Numbered from the stretch's first letter, positions 1 to 14,050 are shown. The stretch is DNA of 64,000 nt from Camelus dromedarius (GCF_036321535.1 NC_087447.1:41108001-41172000); one strand, 5' to 3'. Numbers and translations: made by a program. Notes: generated by a model from the sequence alone, not told the origin.

Positions 1-306
1 CAGACAAAGAAGAAAGGAGGGAGGGAGAAGAGGTGGGGCCTTGCTGGAGCACACTATTCCCACGGGGGTTCTGGAACCCAGAGCACATTCTGTAAACCAC
101 ATGCAGTAGGACGGTACCCTGCAAAGGAGACCGCACGCCCTCACTCCCCACAGATATCTGGGGACACGTGGGCTGCGGCCATGATGCCCCACTTGACCAG
201 TTTGGACAGTCCTTACTGGGTCTTCCACTGTCATAAAAATGGGCACCCTCAAGAGAAGCTGGACTGCGTTCAGTCAAGTGATAGAAGAATAAAAGACTTC
301 TCTAGA

Positions 307-418
307 GTGGGTGGGCACAGCTCAGTGGTAGAGTGCGTGCCTAGCATGCATGAGGTCCTGGGTTCAGTCCCCAGTACCTCCATTTAAAAATTTTTTTTCT
401 TTAATTAAAAAAATTTTT
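307..418 (+). mobile_element. tRNA-Ala-derived SINE (camelid Vic-1-like)
   Basis: A box (agctcagtgg), B box (ggttcagtcc) and AT-rich tail; 14-bp TSD aagacttctctaga at 293-306 and 419-432. Confidence 0.92.
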
Positions 419-719
419 AAGACTTCTCTAGAATTCTCAGTGCACTTCTGGGCTTAGCCCAAATCCCAAAGAGTTCTAAAATTCACATTACCTAAAGAGA
501 GGAAACCAAGGAACCAGAGTAGTGTGGTGGGAAGGACAAAGGATGAAGTGGAGCCAGAAAGTAGAGATTTAAGTCCCAGCCCTGCTCTGTTATTTGCTAC
601 CAACATAAACTCCTTGAGACTCAACTTTCTGGGCTGAAAAAATTGAGCTAATAATCCCAAGATTATCATGAGGACTAAATGCAGCATCATATGTAGCCTA
701 CTTCAAACTACTGCTTCTT

Positions 720-2110
720 ACTATAGCAAACTCTGTATTCTGACAAACCCTTCACCATGCTATGTAAAGCCTGGAAATAAAGGATTCAGGAAGAAAGTAA
801 AAAAATTCTCAGGGGCCAAAATAAGGTGGAAACCTAAGAGGACACTGAAGCCCATGTTCCCCGCAGGGCATTTGGCAAACCCAGGTGATCTTCTGCTTCA
901 ATATTTGTGGCCTAGTGGTTTACAGGAGACAAGAGACAAAGGCTATGGCCGATCCAAAATGGGCAGTCCTGTAGGAGAAACACTGTTCCCTGCTTGAAGC
1001 TAGGAATCAAAGGGCTATGTCCTCAAAGGGTGAAATAGAAATCACACCCCATACCCTCGCCAGCGGGAACAGACCTTGGATTCTAGGTGGAGAGGATAAA
1101 AAATTTCTGAGAACTGCAACTACAAACCCAGGTCAGAATCGGGATTTGAAGCTCAAATTTTTATTACCTGGATTGTCCACAAAACCTCAAGTTGAGACTC
1201 GCTTAAAGAGGTCCTTGTTTAATAGTGTCCCCAGGAGCCTGTGAGAGACAAATAAATCCTTTCTGGAGAAACTCATCTTCAACCCAGGCCTCAAATAATT
1301 TCTAAAGATAGAGTTCCAAAGGAAGTATAATTATACTCATAAAAAAGCAGAATCACAAGGAAACATGACACCATAAGTAAAACAGCCTCCACCTCATCAT
1401 ACCCATAAAAACTTCAGATTTTAGAATTAACAGACACAAAGTAAAAAATATATTTGATACATTCAGAAATAAGAAGATGAAAATTAAGAGTAGGAAGAAC
1501 TATAAACATGACCAAACAGACTTGAAAAAGAATCAAATACGTCATCTACAAACAAAAAAATTATAATAATTGAAATCAAAAGTCAATCAATGGATGTAAC
1601 ACTATTAGACACACCTAGTGAGAGATTTCATCAACTCATAGGCAAATCTGAAAAAAATTACCCAAAATGCAGCAAAGAAGTAAAAAAAAAAAAAACTTTC
1701 TGAATATATGAAAGTTTATGAAAGAGAGCTTAAGAGGCACAGAGGCTAAAGTGAGAAGGTCTCACTTACATCTCACCAAAGCTTCAAAAGGAGAGGAGAG
1801 AGAGACGGGGACAAGCATCATCTGAAAAGATCTGATTGCTGAGACTTTTTCAAAACTAAAAACACATTAATCTTCAGATTCAGCAAATTCCAAGCAGAAT
1901 AATTAAAACAAAATCCACTTCTAGACATACTGACTCTGCAAAACATCAAAGGCTTTAAAATCACCATGAGAAAAACAAAAGACAAATAATCAAACTGACA
2001 GGTGACTTTTCAAAGAAAGCCAAAAGACAATGGAATGATACTCTCAGGTTCTAAGAAAAAAAATAAACTGTACATCCAGCAAGATTTGTATCAAGAATGG
2101 GGGTGCAACT
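720..2110 (+). mobile_element. ancient L1 5'/ORF1-region fragment
   Basis: A-rich plus strand with degenerate L1 ORF1-like passages (e.g. aaattacccaaaatgcagc...gtgagaaggtct); no long ORF; boundaries approximate. Confidence 0.6.
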
Positions 2111-2151
2111 TTCAGACGCAGATTGAGACAGGTGTCATCAGAAGACCCTCA

Positions 2152-3606
2152 TGGTGCCAGTTATCAATTTACTGCTTCTTGGCTCCAAATTCAGCCTTCT
2201 GCTCTGCAAAAGTGGAGATCGGCTCTTTAAACAGTATTCTTTTGCCAGCTGGCATCATGTTTAGCTTTGTCAATAGAGGGCACTGGAGAGATGCTGCAGA
2301 GGAGGTTTTCTTTCTGGTTCCAGTTCTTAACCTCTCAGCCCAGCTTCTTTGATACCAGGCTCCTCCACAGCAGGACCATCAGCAGCACCCAGCAGCTTCC
2401 TCAGCACCCACCTCAGGTGGCATCATAGACAGCTCCCAATGAACAGCTTCCCCTGGCCACCTAGAGGACAGATCTCCAGCAAGTTCCACCAGTGCGGTAC
2501 CACAGCAGCTTCTCTGCCATTTGTGAGCGAGCCATGGCCACACTCCCTCCAGCAAGGTCTGGGTATCAGCCCTGGGGGACTGATTCTTGAGCATTCTATC
2601 TCAGCCCTAGGAGCGCTGGCCACCCCTGCTATCTGCTATTCCTATATTCTTTCAAGTTCTCTTTGTTACTTATTACCCAACCCCTTATTACTCTAAGTCC
2701 CTATTATAGTTAATAATTCTTTTATTTTAATTGAAGTATAGGCAGTTGGCAATGTTGTGTCAATTTGTGATGTACAGCATAATGTTTCAGTCATACAAAT
2801 ACACACATATATTGGTTTTCATATTCGTTTTCATTATAGGTTACTATAAGGTATTGAATATAGTTCCCTGTGCTATACAGAAGAAACTTGTTTTTTAGCT
2901 AATTTATTTATCAATGGTAGTTAGTATTTACAAATCTCAAACTCCCAATTTATCCCTTCCCATCCCCGTTCCCCCCTGGTAAGCATAATTTTGTTTTCTA
3001 TGTCTGTGAGTATGTTTCTGTTTTGTAGATAAGTTCATTTGTGTCTCCTTTTCTTTTAGATTCCACATACGAGTGATATCATGTGGTATTTTTCTTTCTC
3101 TTTCTGGCTTACTTAGAATGATGATCTCCAGGTCCATCCATGTTGCTGCAAATGGCATTATTTTTTCTTTTCCATGGCTGAGTAGTATTCCATTTTACAT
3201 TCACGCATACCACAACTTCTCTATTCAGTCATCTCTCAATGGACATTTAGGTTGCCTCCATTTCTTGGCTATTGTAAATAGTGCTGCTATGAATATTAGG
3301 GTTCATGTGTCCTTTTGAATTAAGAATTTTCTCTGGATATAGGCCAAGGAGTGGAATTGCTGGATGATATGGTCAGTCTATTTTTAGTTTTTTGAGGAAT
3401 CTCTATACCGTTTTCCATAATGGCTGCACCAAACTACATTCCTGCCAACAGTGTAGGAGAGTTCCCTTTTCTTCACACCCTCTCCAGCATTTCTTATTTG
3501 TGGACTTTTTAATGATGGCTATTTTTTAAAATAATTCTTAGTATTAAACTTTTCCTGCTCAAATTACTGTGTAGTTTCTCTCTCCTGATTGGACCCTGAT
3601 TGATCT
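2152..3606 (+). mobile_element. ERVL LTR (LTR41-like), split by an L1 insertion
   Basis: Starts ...gccagttatcaatttactgc; contains gtcaatagagggcactgg and agcaagttccaccag; resumes after the L1 with attaaacttttcctg...gattggaccctga. Confidence 0.7.
2722..3529 (-). mobile_element. 5'-truncated L1 (ORF2 C-terminus plus 3'UTR)
   Basis: ORF 2937-3158 [16 protein letters not shown] is the L1 ORF2 C-terminal motif; TSD aataattctt at 2712-2721 and 3530-3539. Confidence 0.92.
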
Positions 3607-3819
3607 ATTCACTAACTAAAGAGCATGCTTAAGACAAAAGAACAATGATCACAGATAGGTCTGAGATGCAATAAGGAATGACAACCAAAGAAAGTGGTAA
3701 ATATGGTCAATCTGAAAAATACATATTCATTTCCTTCTTCATCGCCTTAAACCCAGCATGTCTAAAGAAAATCTCTTAAGAAATTCTCCTTTTGATCCTC
3801 CTCTTCTAGAAAAGCCAGA

Positions 3820-4030
3820 ATGGTGGCATGATGAAAGCATGAGCTTTGGAGTCAGACAGACCAGGGTATAAATCACAGCTCTGCCACCTGCTAGCTTTGT
3901 GACCTCTGAAAAGTTTCTTAACCTCTTTAAGCCTGCTTCCCATCTGAAAGCTGAGATACTTATAACTAACTCACCTTTGTGCCATTAGACTTAATCAAGA
4001 TAAACCATATGAAAGCATCCAAAATATAGC
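3820..4030 (+). mobile_element. MIR SINE
   Basis: gctttggagtcagacagacc...gctctgccac...tgtgacc...cttaacctct core. Confidence 0.8.
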
Positions 4031-5142
4031 ACCTTCTCTATTTCTTTTGAAGAAACCATTTTGAAAAGACACATTCCCCCAGAGATCCCTGACTCCCCCT
4101 CCTAGTCACAGAGCTTTCTTTCCTCCAGAGGACCTCAATGCTCTTGAAAGGGATTCTCCAATGTTCTTTTCCTAATGGGTTTATTTTATCAGCTGATGTC
4201 TGCCCATGACTCAGAAGAAGAAAAGTGCTGAAACAGCCCTTTCTACCACCTGATTCTCTTCCCTACCTAATGGACTTCTAAATCTCTAAATCTGAGCCCT
4301 GGCCCTTGTGCTGTAATCCAATCCAGGAGAGACCAACTGTCCTGAGCCAAAGATGGAGTGGCAAGGCAAAGGAAATGCTTACCCCTTCTCTAAGGATATT
4401 TGCTGTGCTGTGAGTTATAAGTCAGTGCATCCTCGCTGGCACTGACTGAGCCACAGCATTATGTAATATACAGGATTGGTGGGGGAGGGGGGACTCTTCC
4501 CCAAGTCCACGGCATAATCTGGGCATCAGCCAGCTCTACTTGTCCACCATGTGTCTGAGTGTAGCTGGTCTGAGTGGACGCCAACTAGACCCTGCACTAT
4601 TCCTTCAGCCACTCAGCACACTGTCAGTGATACAAACAGCGTTCTATGTGCGGAGCCCAGTTTCAGGACCTGAGCCAAACAAATGGAAAATTACACATGG
4701 CCTCTGTCCCCAGGGAGTTCATCCAGAAAAGAGCAAGTGAACTCACAGTTTCACAATCTCAGCATTAGAAAGGCCTCAGAAGCTTTCTGGTGCATCCTCC
4801 TTCCCAACCCAGGATTTTCAGTGTCTGATGGAATGTTTTCAAGGAGAAGGAGTTCACATTCTCCAGGACAGGGTCTCCCATGCGAGAGGAGCTGAGCACT
4901 AGAAAGTTCTATGCTTGCAGCTGAAAATTTCCTTCCATGAATAAAAGAGCCTATGATCCAAACTCCAAAACAGTGGGGCCAATGTCTAAACTACAGACAT
5001 ATGGGTTGACTGGAGTGTCCCATGACTGGCAGTCAGAGAACAGTGTTCAGTGATTGCTTCATGGCAGAAGTAACTACTTACCTATTCACTTGAGTTGGGA
5101 CCTGCCACTGACGTCTTCTGGATCAAAGTCTCTCCCCAGAGA

Positions 5143-8100
5143 GGGGAACTTCCGATTCTGGGAAGATAGACTAAACACCCCTATCCCTCCTGCTAAGTAC
5201 AACTAAAAGCCCTTGATACTACATTCAAAGACAAACCTAAGAAGCATCTGAAAGGTGGAGATAAGTAGGTAGACCAGCTGGAGACAATGGAACCAAGGAT
5301 GAGATGGTGATAAGTTGCCTGGGTTTTATTTTTGCCTCCTATGTCCTAGACATGGAGGGACAGAAACTAGCAACCTGAAAATGCCAGAGATGCAAACCAA
5401 AAACAGCCCCAACAAGTCCTGCTCTCTCAAGCCACAGAACCAGAAAAGGAGCAGCCAGTGAGACAGAAAACTTTTAGACAATAACCACTCTACTCCTGCC
5501 AAGCACGTTAAAAAATCTGAGGTCTCATTCACATCCATGCCAGCACTGGTCGAGTGGGGAGCCTAGCATTTCATTCCTGTGAGGCTGTGATGAGGCACCC
5601 TAATGATGCAGCCAGGATGGGGTCAGTGAAGGACAAACAGGAAGCTGAGACGTACATCCCCATGGCACAGCAAAGAGGCCAACCACTCCCCTCCCACAGT
5701 TTAAAGGGACCACCTGGGGATTCTGGACCTTCCACCCCACCTGGGAGCCATGAAGCATCCTTCCACTGCTCCCTGCAGTGGTGTCACCTGGGGCCTAGTG
5801 GAGAGTCAGGACTCTCACCACCTCCGACGGTGTCAATAGAGGTTGAATGGGGAGTCTGCCCCTCTACTTCCACCTGGCAGTAACGAGGCAGCGACCTTCC
5901 TCCCCTTGTCAGAGCCGTGTCAGAGAAAACCAATTAAAGCAGGAAGTATGAATAAGATCCAGAGTTGCAACATGATACAAAAATGTCCAGGTTTCAAGTT
6001 GAAAAGATACATGCACCTCAATGCTCATGGCAGCACTATTTACAATAGCCAAGACATGGATGCAAACTAAGTGTCCGTTGACAGATGACAGGATGAAGAT
6101 GTAGTGTATATACACAATAGAATACTACTCAGCCATAAAAAGAATGAAATGATGCCATTTGCAACAACATGGATGGACCTAGAGATTATCAAACTGAGTG
6201 AAGTAAGTCAGACAGAGAAAAACAAGTATCGTAACATTTATATGTGTAACCTAAAAAAGATACAAATCAATTTATTTACAAAAAAGAAACAGACTCACAG
6301 ACATAGAAAACAAACATATGGTTACCAAAGGGGAAAGGTGGGGGAGAAATAAATTAGGAATTTGGGATTAGTGGATGCAAACTACTATATATAAAATAGA
6401 TAAACAACAAGGTCCTACTGTATAGCACAATGACCTATATTCAATAGCTTGTAATAGCCTATAATGAAAAGAATATATTTATATGTATAACTGAATCACT
6501 ATGCTGTACACCAGAAACTAACACAACATTGTAAATCTACTATACTTCAATTAAAAAGAAAAAGTCCAGGTTTCAAGCAAACATTTCTTGTCATACCAAA
6601 AACCAGAAAAAAATCTCAAACTGGGTGAAAAATACAATCAAAAAACGCCAACCCCAAGATGAAAGAAATGTTGGAAATGTTAGAATTATCTGAGATCTTA
6701 AGGTAGCTAAACCCCCACACACACAAACACTACAATGAGCAATTATAACAATGTTTGAAACAAATGAAAAAATTGGAAAGTCTCAGCAAAGAGATAGAAA
6801 ATATAAGGGAGAACGAAACTGAAATTTTAGAACTGAAAAACACAATAACCAAAATAAAAAGCTCTGTGGATGGGCTCTACAGCAGAATGAAGGGCATGGA
6901 AGAAAAAAGTCAGTGGACTGAAAGCTAGAACGATAGAAATCACTCAGTCTGAACAACAGAGAGAAAACAGACTGAAAAAGGGGAACAAATCCTCAAGGGC
7001 CTGTGAGACATGACAAAACATCTAATATTCATGTCACTGGAATCCCAGAGGGAGAAGAAAAAGAGGACAGGTATGGAAAAGAATTCAAAGAAATAATAGC
7101 TGAAAACTTTCTAAGTTTGGCAAAATAGATAAGCCTACAGACTCAAGAAACAAAGGTGATCCCAAATAAGATAAACCCAAAAAAAATCAAAATATATCAT
7201 AATTAAAATTCTGAAAATAAAAGACAAAAAAATTTTTGAAAGGAACAAAAGAGAAACACCTTACCTGTATGGAAAAACAAAACAGTTTAAAATACAGTGG
7301 ATTTCTCATTCAAATCATGAGCGAACACTGGAGAATTCCACCAAGCATTTAAAGAATAACACCAATTCCACACAATTCCTTCCAAGAAATAGAAGAGGAG
7401 GGAATACTTCCCAATTCATTTTATGAAGCTAAGAATACCCTTTTACCAAAACCAGACCCAAACAGTACAAAAAAGATAACTACAGACCAATATCCCTCAG
7501 GAATACAAATGCTAACATTCTTAACAAAGTATTAGCAAATCGAATTTGGCAATACGTAAGAAGAATCATGCATTGTGACCAAGTGGAGTTTATTCTAGGG
7601 ATACAAGTCTTGCTCAATAGTCAAAAATCAATCAACATATACAACAAGCGAAAAAATGAAAAATCACATGATCATTTCAATCAATGCAGACAAAGCATTA
7701 GACAAAATTCAGCACCCATTCATAATTTTAAAAAAAATCCCAGGAGAATAGAAACAGAGCGGAACTTCCTCAACTTGATAAAGAGCATCTACAAAAAATC
7801 TACAGCTAACATTATGTTCAATGGTGAAAAACAGAATGCTTTCCCCCTAAAATCAGGAACAAGTTAAGGATGTTCACTTCTCACTACTCTCACTCAACAT
7901 AAGAACACGAAGGGCGTACTGGAAGTCCTAGCTGGTGCAATAAAGCAAAAAAAGAAAAGATAAACCATACAGATCAGAAAGAAAGAAATAAAATTGTCCC
8001 TGTTTGCAGCTGACATGATTGTCTATGTAGAAGATCTCAAGGCATCTACAAAAGAATTCCTAGAATAAGTCAATTTAGCAAGGTCACAGGATACAAGATA

Positions 8101-10013
8101 AACATACAAAAATCCCTGTTTTCTATGCACCAGCAATGAATGCAGAAATTTAAAGTACAATATTATTTTTAGTCACTCAAAAAATGAAATATTTAGCTGT
8201 AAATCTAACAAAACTAGTACAGGACTTACATGCTGAAAACTACACAATACTGAGCAAAGAAACCAAAGAGGAATTAAATAAATGGAGAAACTTCACATTC
8301 ATGGATTGGAAGACTCAACAGAGCAGAAATGTCAATTCTCTCCAAATTGATATACAGGTCTAATACAATTCTTACCAAAATCCCAGAGAGATTTTTTGTA
8401 GATAAGGACAAGATTATTCTAAAATTTATATGGAAAGTTAAAGAACAAGAATAGCTAAAAGAGTTTTGGAAACGAATAAAGCAAAAGAAATCAGTGAGTT
8501 CAGTTTTAAGACTTACTGCCTTACTAATCAAAACTCTGTGGTATTGAAAGAAGGATAGACACAGTGATCAATGGAACAGAGCAGAGCACCCAGAAGCAGA
8601 TCCACACAAATATGCCCAATGGATTTTTTGACAAAGGTGCAAAAGCAATTCAATGAATGAAAGATTACCTTCTCAACACATGGAGTTGGAAGCAACTGGA
8701 AATCCACAAACCAAAAAAAGTAAACCTTGACTGAAGTCTCACATGTTAAACAGAAATTAATTCAAAATGGATCATGGGCATGAATGTGAAACATAAAACC
8801 ATAAAACTCTGGGGAAAAGAACAAGGGGGAAAATCTTGAGGATCTAGGGCTAGACAATGAGTTCTTCAACTTGACACTTCAAACACAGTCCACAAATGGA
8901 AAACTTGATAAACTAGACTTCATGGAAAATTAAACACTTGGTTGCTCTGTGAAAAGTCCTGATGAACAAAAAAGCTACAGACGGGGAGAAAATATTTGCT
9001 GATCACTTATTCAACAAAGGACTACATTCAGAATATATAAAGAACTCTCAGAACTCAACAGTGTAAAAACAACCCAATTAGAAAATGGGCAAAGGAAGTG
9101 AAAAGTCATGTCACCAAAGAGAATATACAGATGGCAAATAAGCACATGAAAACATGTTCAGTCAACATCATTGCTCACCCCAGAAATGCAAATTAAAACT
9201 ACAGTAAGATATCACCGCACTCCTGTCAGCGTGGTTAAAATAAACAGTGACAATACCAAATGCTGGCGAGGATGCAGAGGAACCACATGGCTCCGACGTT
9301 GCTGGTGGGGATGTAAAACGGCACAGCCACTCTGGAGAACACTGCGGTAGTTTCTTTAAAAAGCCAGCATTCAGCTATACCATACCATCCAGCAGGTGCT
9401 CTCCTCTGCACTTATCCCAGAGAAATAAAGACTTACATTGACACAAAAACCTGTGCATGAATGTTTATAGCAGTTTTATTTACAGTGGCCAAAAACGGAG
9501 ACAACTTGGATGTCCTGCAAGGTGTGAATGATTAAACAATCTGTGGTACATCTGTGCCATGGCATACTACTCAGTGACAAACAGGAATAAACTACTGATG
9601 GATCACAGCAGCCCAGATGGATCGCCATAGAATTCCGCTGAGTGGGAGAAAAAAAAATTCATCCCAAAAGGTTATGTTCTGTATGATTCTATTTACATAA
9701 CATCCCTCAAATGACAAAATTACAGAAATGGAGGACAGGTGAGTGTTTGCGTCAGTTAAAGGGAGGAGGTGGGGAGAAGGGAAGCAAGTGTGACTGTAAA
9801 AGGGCAACAGGAGGCATGGTTGTGGTGGTGGGCGGAAATAGTCTGTATCTTGATTACATCAATATTTATATCTTGGTTTTGCTATTGTGCTATAGGTTTG
9901 CAAAATGTTACCATTGGGGGAAATGCAGAAAGGGAACAGGGGACCTCTGCATTATTTCTTTGCATATGAATCTATAATCATCTCACAATAAAAGTTTAAA
10001 ATAAAAAAAAAAA
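5143..10013 (+). mobile_element. near full-span old L1 (L1MC1-like 3' end) with an internal deletion
   Basis: 5'UTR start (acttccgattctgggaagat); ORF1-like 6650-7320; abrupt jump into RT region (ORF 7568-7867 with HDQVEFI-like and AFPLKSGT motifs); ORF2 C-terminus, 3'UTR and A tail at about 10000. Confidence 0.88.
5999..6563 (+). mobile_element. younger 5'-truncated L1 nested in the old L1
   Basis: [21 protein letters not shown] motif; TSD gtccaggtttcaag at 5985-5998 and 6564-6577. Confidence 0.92.
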
Positions 10014-10883
10014 GTACCCATCCCATTTGCAGTACTGCCTTGATTTAGCCATTGTTTGGCCTTTTATACCAAGCTCAAAGCCAGACTGCTGGGAGCCGGA
10101 GCCAGGCTTGCCCCCTCAGCACTTCCTCTCTGCTGACAGTGAGGTTAAGGGCAGCCTCCTGGCACCAGGCCTATCAGGGAAGACTGACTCTTAAAAGAGG
10201 ATTCAGGGAAGGAAGCAAGCCAGCCTGGCATGGGTGCTTGGAGCAGCAGACCCTGCCAACCCAATCATTGCCCATTGCCCACCAGAAGGTCACAAGGTCC
10301 TTGGTGGCATGAGACAATGCACCTCCTGGTCACCTGGCTTTGTCCCAAGAGCCAAATGTAAAGTGAGGCCCTGGTTCCTTGGGTCAGTTTTCTTTAGGGT
10401 GTGCAGAGTGGCAGAACACCTCTGGATCATCAATTTCTCTGCCATCTAGCTAAGGCTATGAGCCACTGGCCACAGCAAAGCCACTCCCCCAGGGAGGAAA
10501 TGTGTGGAGGTGATCCAGTTCTGCACAGATATGGTCCCATTTTCTCTCTCAGTCCCCTGAAGTTCCACAACACTCTTCCATCACCAGAGTCCCTGAGGCA
10601 CCTACCACTCTTCTCAGCCATGCATCCTGCCGGGGTATTTCCTCAGAAGTGAGTTTAATGTGGATCTTACCCTGAGAGCCAAGGGAGTCATCTCTGCAGG
10701 TCACGGATATGGGAAGTCGCTCCTCAGAGAAAGAAATGAACTTTAGTCACATCTGGACCTAAGTCAGAACACCCCTAGATGGTTGTGGAAGTTTGGGGTG
10801 CAACAGCTGAGCGGAAGATTGGCAGGCAGCTGTGTATCCAGAAAGGGTGGAAACCAGAGAAAGCTGAAAGATCTGTAACTCCC

Positions 10884-11089
10884 TCACCCTGAGAGGAGGC
10901 GAGTGGGGCCGTGGCTGAGGTCTTCAGAAACCTGAGGGCCATTATGGAGAAAGGGACACATGTTCTGTATTACTCCCTGAGTGACGGCAGCTGGGACAGC
11001 AAGAAAGAAACTACAGACAAGCCCATTTTTTTCCTGGAGTTTCTCAGTGGTGGAATAGACTGCCTGTGCCTGTAGCAAGCTCTCGAAGC
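10884..11089 (-). other. candidate terminal exon of a putative minus-strand transcript
   Basis: Acceptor aatctctccacag|G; frame open to TGA at 10884; ATTAAA on minus strand at 10654-10659. Confidence 0.2.
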
Positions 11090-11480
11090 CTGTGGAGAGA
11101 TTAGGGCTGATGGTCCTTTGAAAACAACATTGTGAGGCTAGAATTTTAGATGCTGAAATCTCGTCATGTTGAAAACTCCTGAAAGAGGTAGAAGCCTCAC
11201 CTGAGGAGAGCCCAGGGCGCCCTTGCACAAGGACACCACTACCTGGGAAGCAATAAAGGGCCCCGAGTAAAAGGCCTCTGTCATCCAAATGCCATCAGGG
11301 CAAAGCTCTCGGGAGCTCCACTCAGCATCAGCAGCCAAAGCCAGCTCAGCTGACCCCAACCCAGTCTGAACCACACTGGCAGGAGCAGAGACCAGCTGAC
11401 AAACACACCTGCCAAGCACACGTGCTGACCTGCTTGTCCAGCCTCTGCTCCTGCTGTCCAGCTGGTCTTTGCTTTAAACC

Positions 11481-11705
11481 TGAAGTCAGCAAACCTTTTC
11501 TACAAAGGGCCTGACAGTAAATATTTCAGATTTCACAGACCATGTAGTCACCATTGTGGCAAATACCCAACTCTGAGGTTGTGGCAGGAGAGCAGCCAGA
11601 TAGCCTGCAAATGAATGAACATGACCATGTTCCAATAAAACTTTACATACACAAACCGGTGATGGGCCAGATTTGGCTCATGGGCCACAGTTTGTCCACC
11701 CCTGA
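11481..11705 (+). mobile_element. hAT-Charlie MITE (MER58A-like)
   Basis: gtcagcaaacctttt...aaagggcc...gtaaatattt...tgttccaataaaacttta...gggccacagtttgtccacccctg. Confidence 0.85.
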
Positions 11706-13424
11706 TGTCAAATCATGACCACCTTAGCCGGCAGGCTGGATTCTCACTGATCGTGAGTTATATCTATCAAAGAGCCCTTACCCTGGGTGGCTGGCTCATT
11801 CTCCCAGCCTCCTCCAGGACTTCTGGCTCTCTGGGGGCCAGCCATGGTCAAAGAATCCACCCCTGGAGATCTCCAGTCTCCTGATTCCGCCTTCTCTGCC
11901 CTACCCTCCATCACTCCGCACCCCCAGCTGAGCCAGAGGCCCCTTCCCTTCCCACTCCTGTAATACTCCATGACTTCCCAACTGTTTGAAAATGGCCCAT
12001 TTGTTGGTCTGACTCTGATTAGGTTGGGGATTCCTGGAGGGCAAGAATAGTGTCTCACTCATTTACATGTCCTCGCCCTGGCTCAAAGTAGGTGCCCAGT
12101 AATGGCCGAGAGAATAATCGGCTGGAGGAATGAACCACCACGCCTGGCCTTTTGCAGGGAGCCCCTGTGCTCTGCATAAACATCTCCTCATCTCCTCGCA
12201 TACTGCCCTGGAGCTTTGTGCAGTCATTTCCCCAAGTCTGACTCTCATTTCCATCCCCACCCCGTCTGCATGTCTAATGTTTTCACACCCACTTCTCTCC
12301 TTGGAGGATGGAGCCTGCACACCTCTGCCCCCTTCTTCTTGGGTCTTCATGAGCGCCCCACCCCCTGCTCCTCAGCCCCTCCTCAGGGCTGAGAATTTCT
12401 CTAGCAGAGATGATCAGGAGTTTGAGGCATTTCATACCAGGGAATAAATAAGAACTTTTCAAACCTGAGAGCATCATCACTATGAGAAGACGCTCTGTTG
12501 GTTGTTAACCGGAGAAGCCTGTGGTTGCCAAGAGGTTGGCAATGTAAGAAGGAAAATCCAAGCCCAGGTGGAAGCCAGGGAAGCATGGTGCTTGGGAGGG
12601 GTGGGGGGGGGGGGAGGGTAGAAACCCTGAGTTAGAACCAGGAGAAAAGCTGAAAACCCTGCCTTCTCCAGCTCCTTCTGGCTGTACACTCAAGTCAGAC
12701 ATCTGTACAGTCAGCTTGGCCAGTCTTTAAGGTTTCCCCGTACCAGGATGGGGAGAAGGTTGGGAGTCTCAGTTCCATTAGCAGGGTGCGCGATGGGGCA
12801 GGTCAAGAGAGCCCTGGACCTCCACGTTCTCACAGACTCATCAACTCCCCCAGGCTCCTACCATGTTGACCCAGGCCCTACGACTGGGCTTCCACTCACC
12901 TCTCCCAGCATGTCGGTTCTCTGCTGGGACCGCCTGTGCCCTGAGCCCTGGCCTCCAAAGTTATAGTATAGCTCCTGACTCAGGTCTCAACATCATTCCT
13001 CTGGGTCCAGGATCCTCCTCCTGCACTCTCTGCCGTTACCACCCACCTGACACTACATGCTCTGCTGGTCCACTCTGAATGCCACCATTTCCAGGAGATG
13101 CCTACTGCCCCTCCTCCTAGGTCTCCAGATGGTGATGCCAACCCATGCCAGGCTCAAGTGCTCTGCACTCCATGGACATTTCATCTCACCCAACAACCCT
13201 GCCAAGCTCTAGGCCTGATCAGCCTTGGCACCTCTCTTGCCCACAGGCCTGGTCCTGCTGTGCTTTCATGGTTCCCCTACCACGCTGTCACCCATGCCAC
13301 CAGGTACGATGCAAGAGAAGGGGAGGGAACCTTCCCCTGAAGGCATTTTAGCTACTAGAACTGGCTCCTCTGGGAGAAGCGTAACCTTTGAGCTTTGAGG
13401 CTGCACCCCAGCTGCCCATCTCAC

Positions 13425-13520
13425 CTAGTTCCAGGGCCTGGGGCCTCTCCTGGACAAGCGAGTGAAAAGGTTTGACCACCCCTGGCTCTACCCAGCGCTG
13501 AGGGAGGAAGAAGTCTAGGT
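13425..13520 (-). other. candidate internal exon (96 nt, phase 1-1)
   Basis: Acceptor tgtcctgcag|A, donor TAG|gtgaga; open frame LDFFLPQRWVEPGVVKPFHSLVQERPQALEL. Confidence 0.3.
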
Positions 13521-13769
13521 CTGCAGGACATGGACCCTGAAGCACCAGCCTGGATGGCCTGGGGGCTCTGGCACTGGAATGGGGTCCTGCCAGGGACAGC
13601 TTACACACATTGAGCTACATCCACCTCCATGAGCTGGGAGCAGTCTGGGGAGGTATCAGGGGAAGGGAAAGTGCGCAGGAGGTTAGCAAGACCAGGGAGG
13701 GCTTGTGCAGAAAGCTGCCCTCCCCACCTGCCCCTGACCCAGCTCCTCTTCCCAGCACAGGGCAGTTAG

Positions 13770-14050
13770 GTCAGAAGTAATGAGAGTCCTAGATCAGAGC
13801 TGACCAGCTTTGAGAGTCAGGGTTTGAACGGCCCCCTCTCGCTGAACAGTTTCTCCAGGCCTGGGCTGGGAGGTTTCCACACCTGACTGGCATCCTCCTC
13901 ACAGCTCTTCCTGGAGGGTATATTGTCCTTATCTTACAGTCGAGGGGAGGGAGGCTCAGAGAGGGTAAGGACCTAAGGTGACACCAAAAGTGATGGGGTC
14001 TGGATTCCACGCTGCCCTGCCGCCTTTCCACAGTGTGACCCAACCTCCCT
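13770..14050. mobile_element. degenerate MIR fragments
   Basis: ctttgagagtcagggtttgaa and atcttacag...gaggctcagagagggtaagg cores, in opposite orientations. Confidence 0.55.

Noticed and set aside
307..385. tRNA-Ala-like sequence as a real tRNA gene (also 21827, 31710, 53799)
   Set aside because: A/T tails, TSDs, stem mismatches and multiple diverged copies show these are SINEs
12594..12618. G-runs as G-quadruplexes (also about 30855-30880)
   Set aside because: Mononucleotide G tracts are common and length-unreliable, with no functional context
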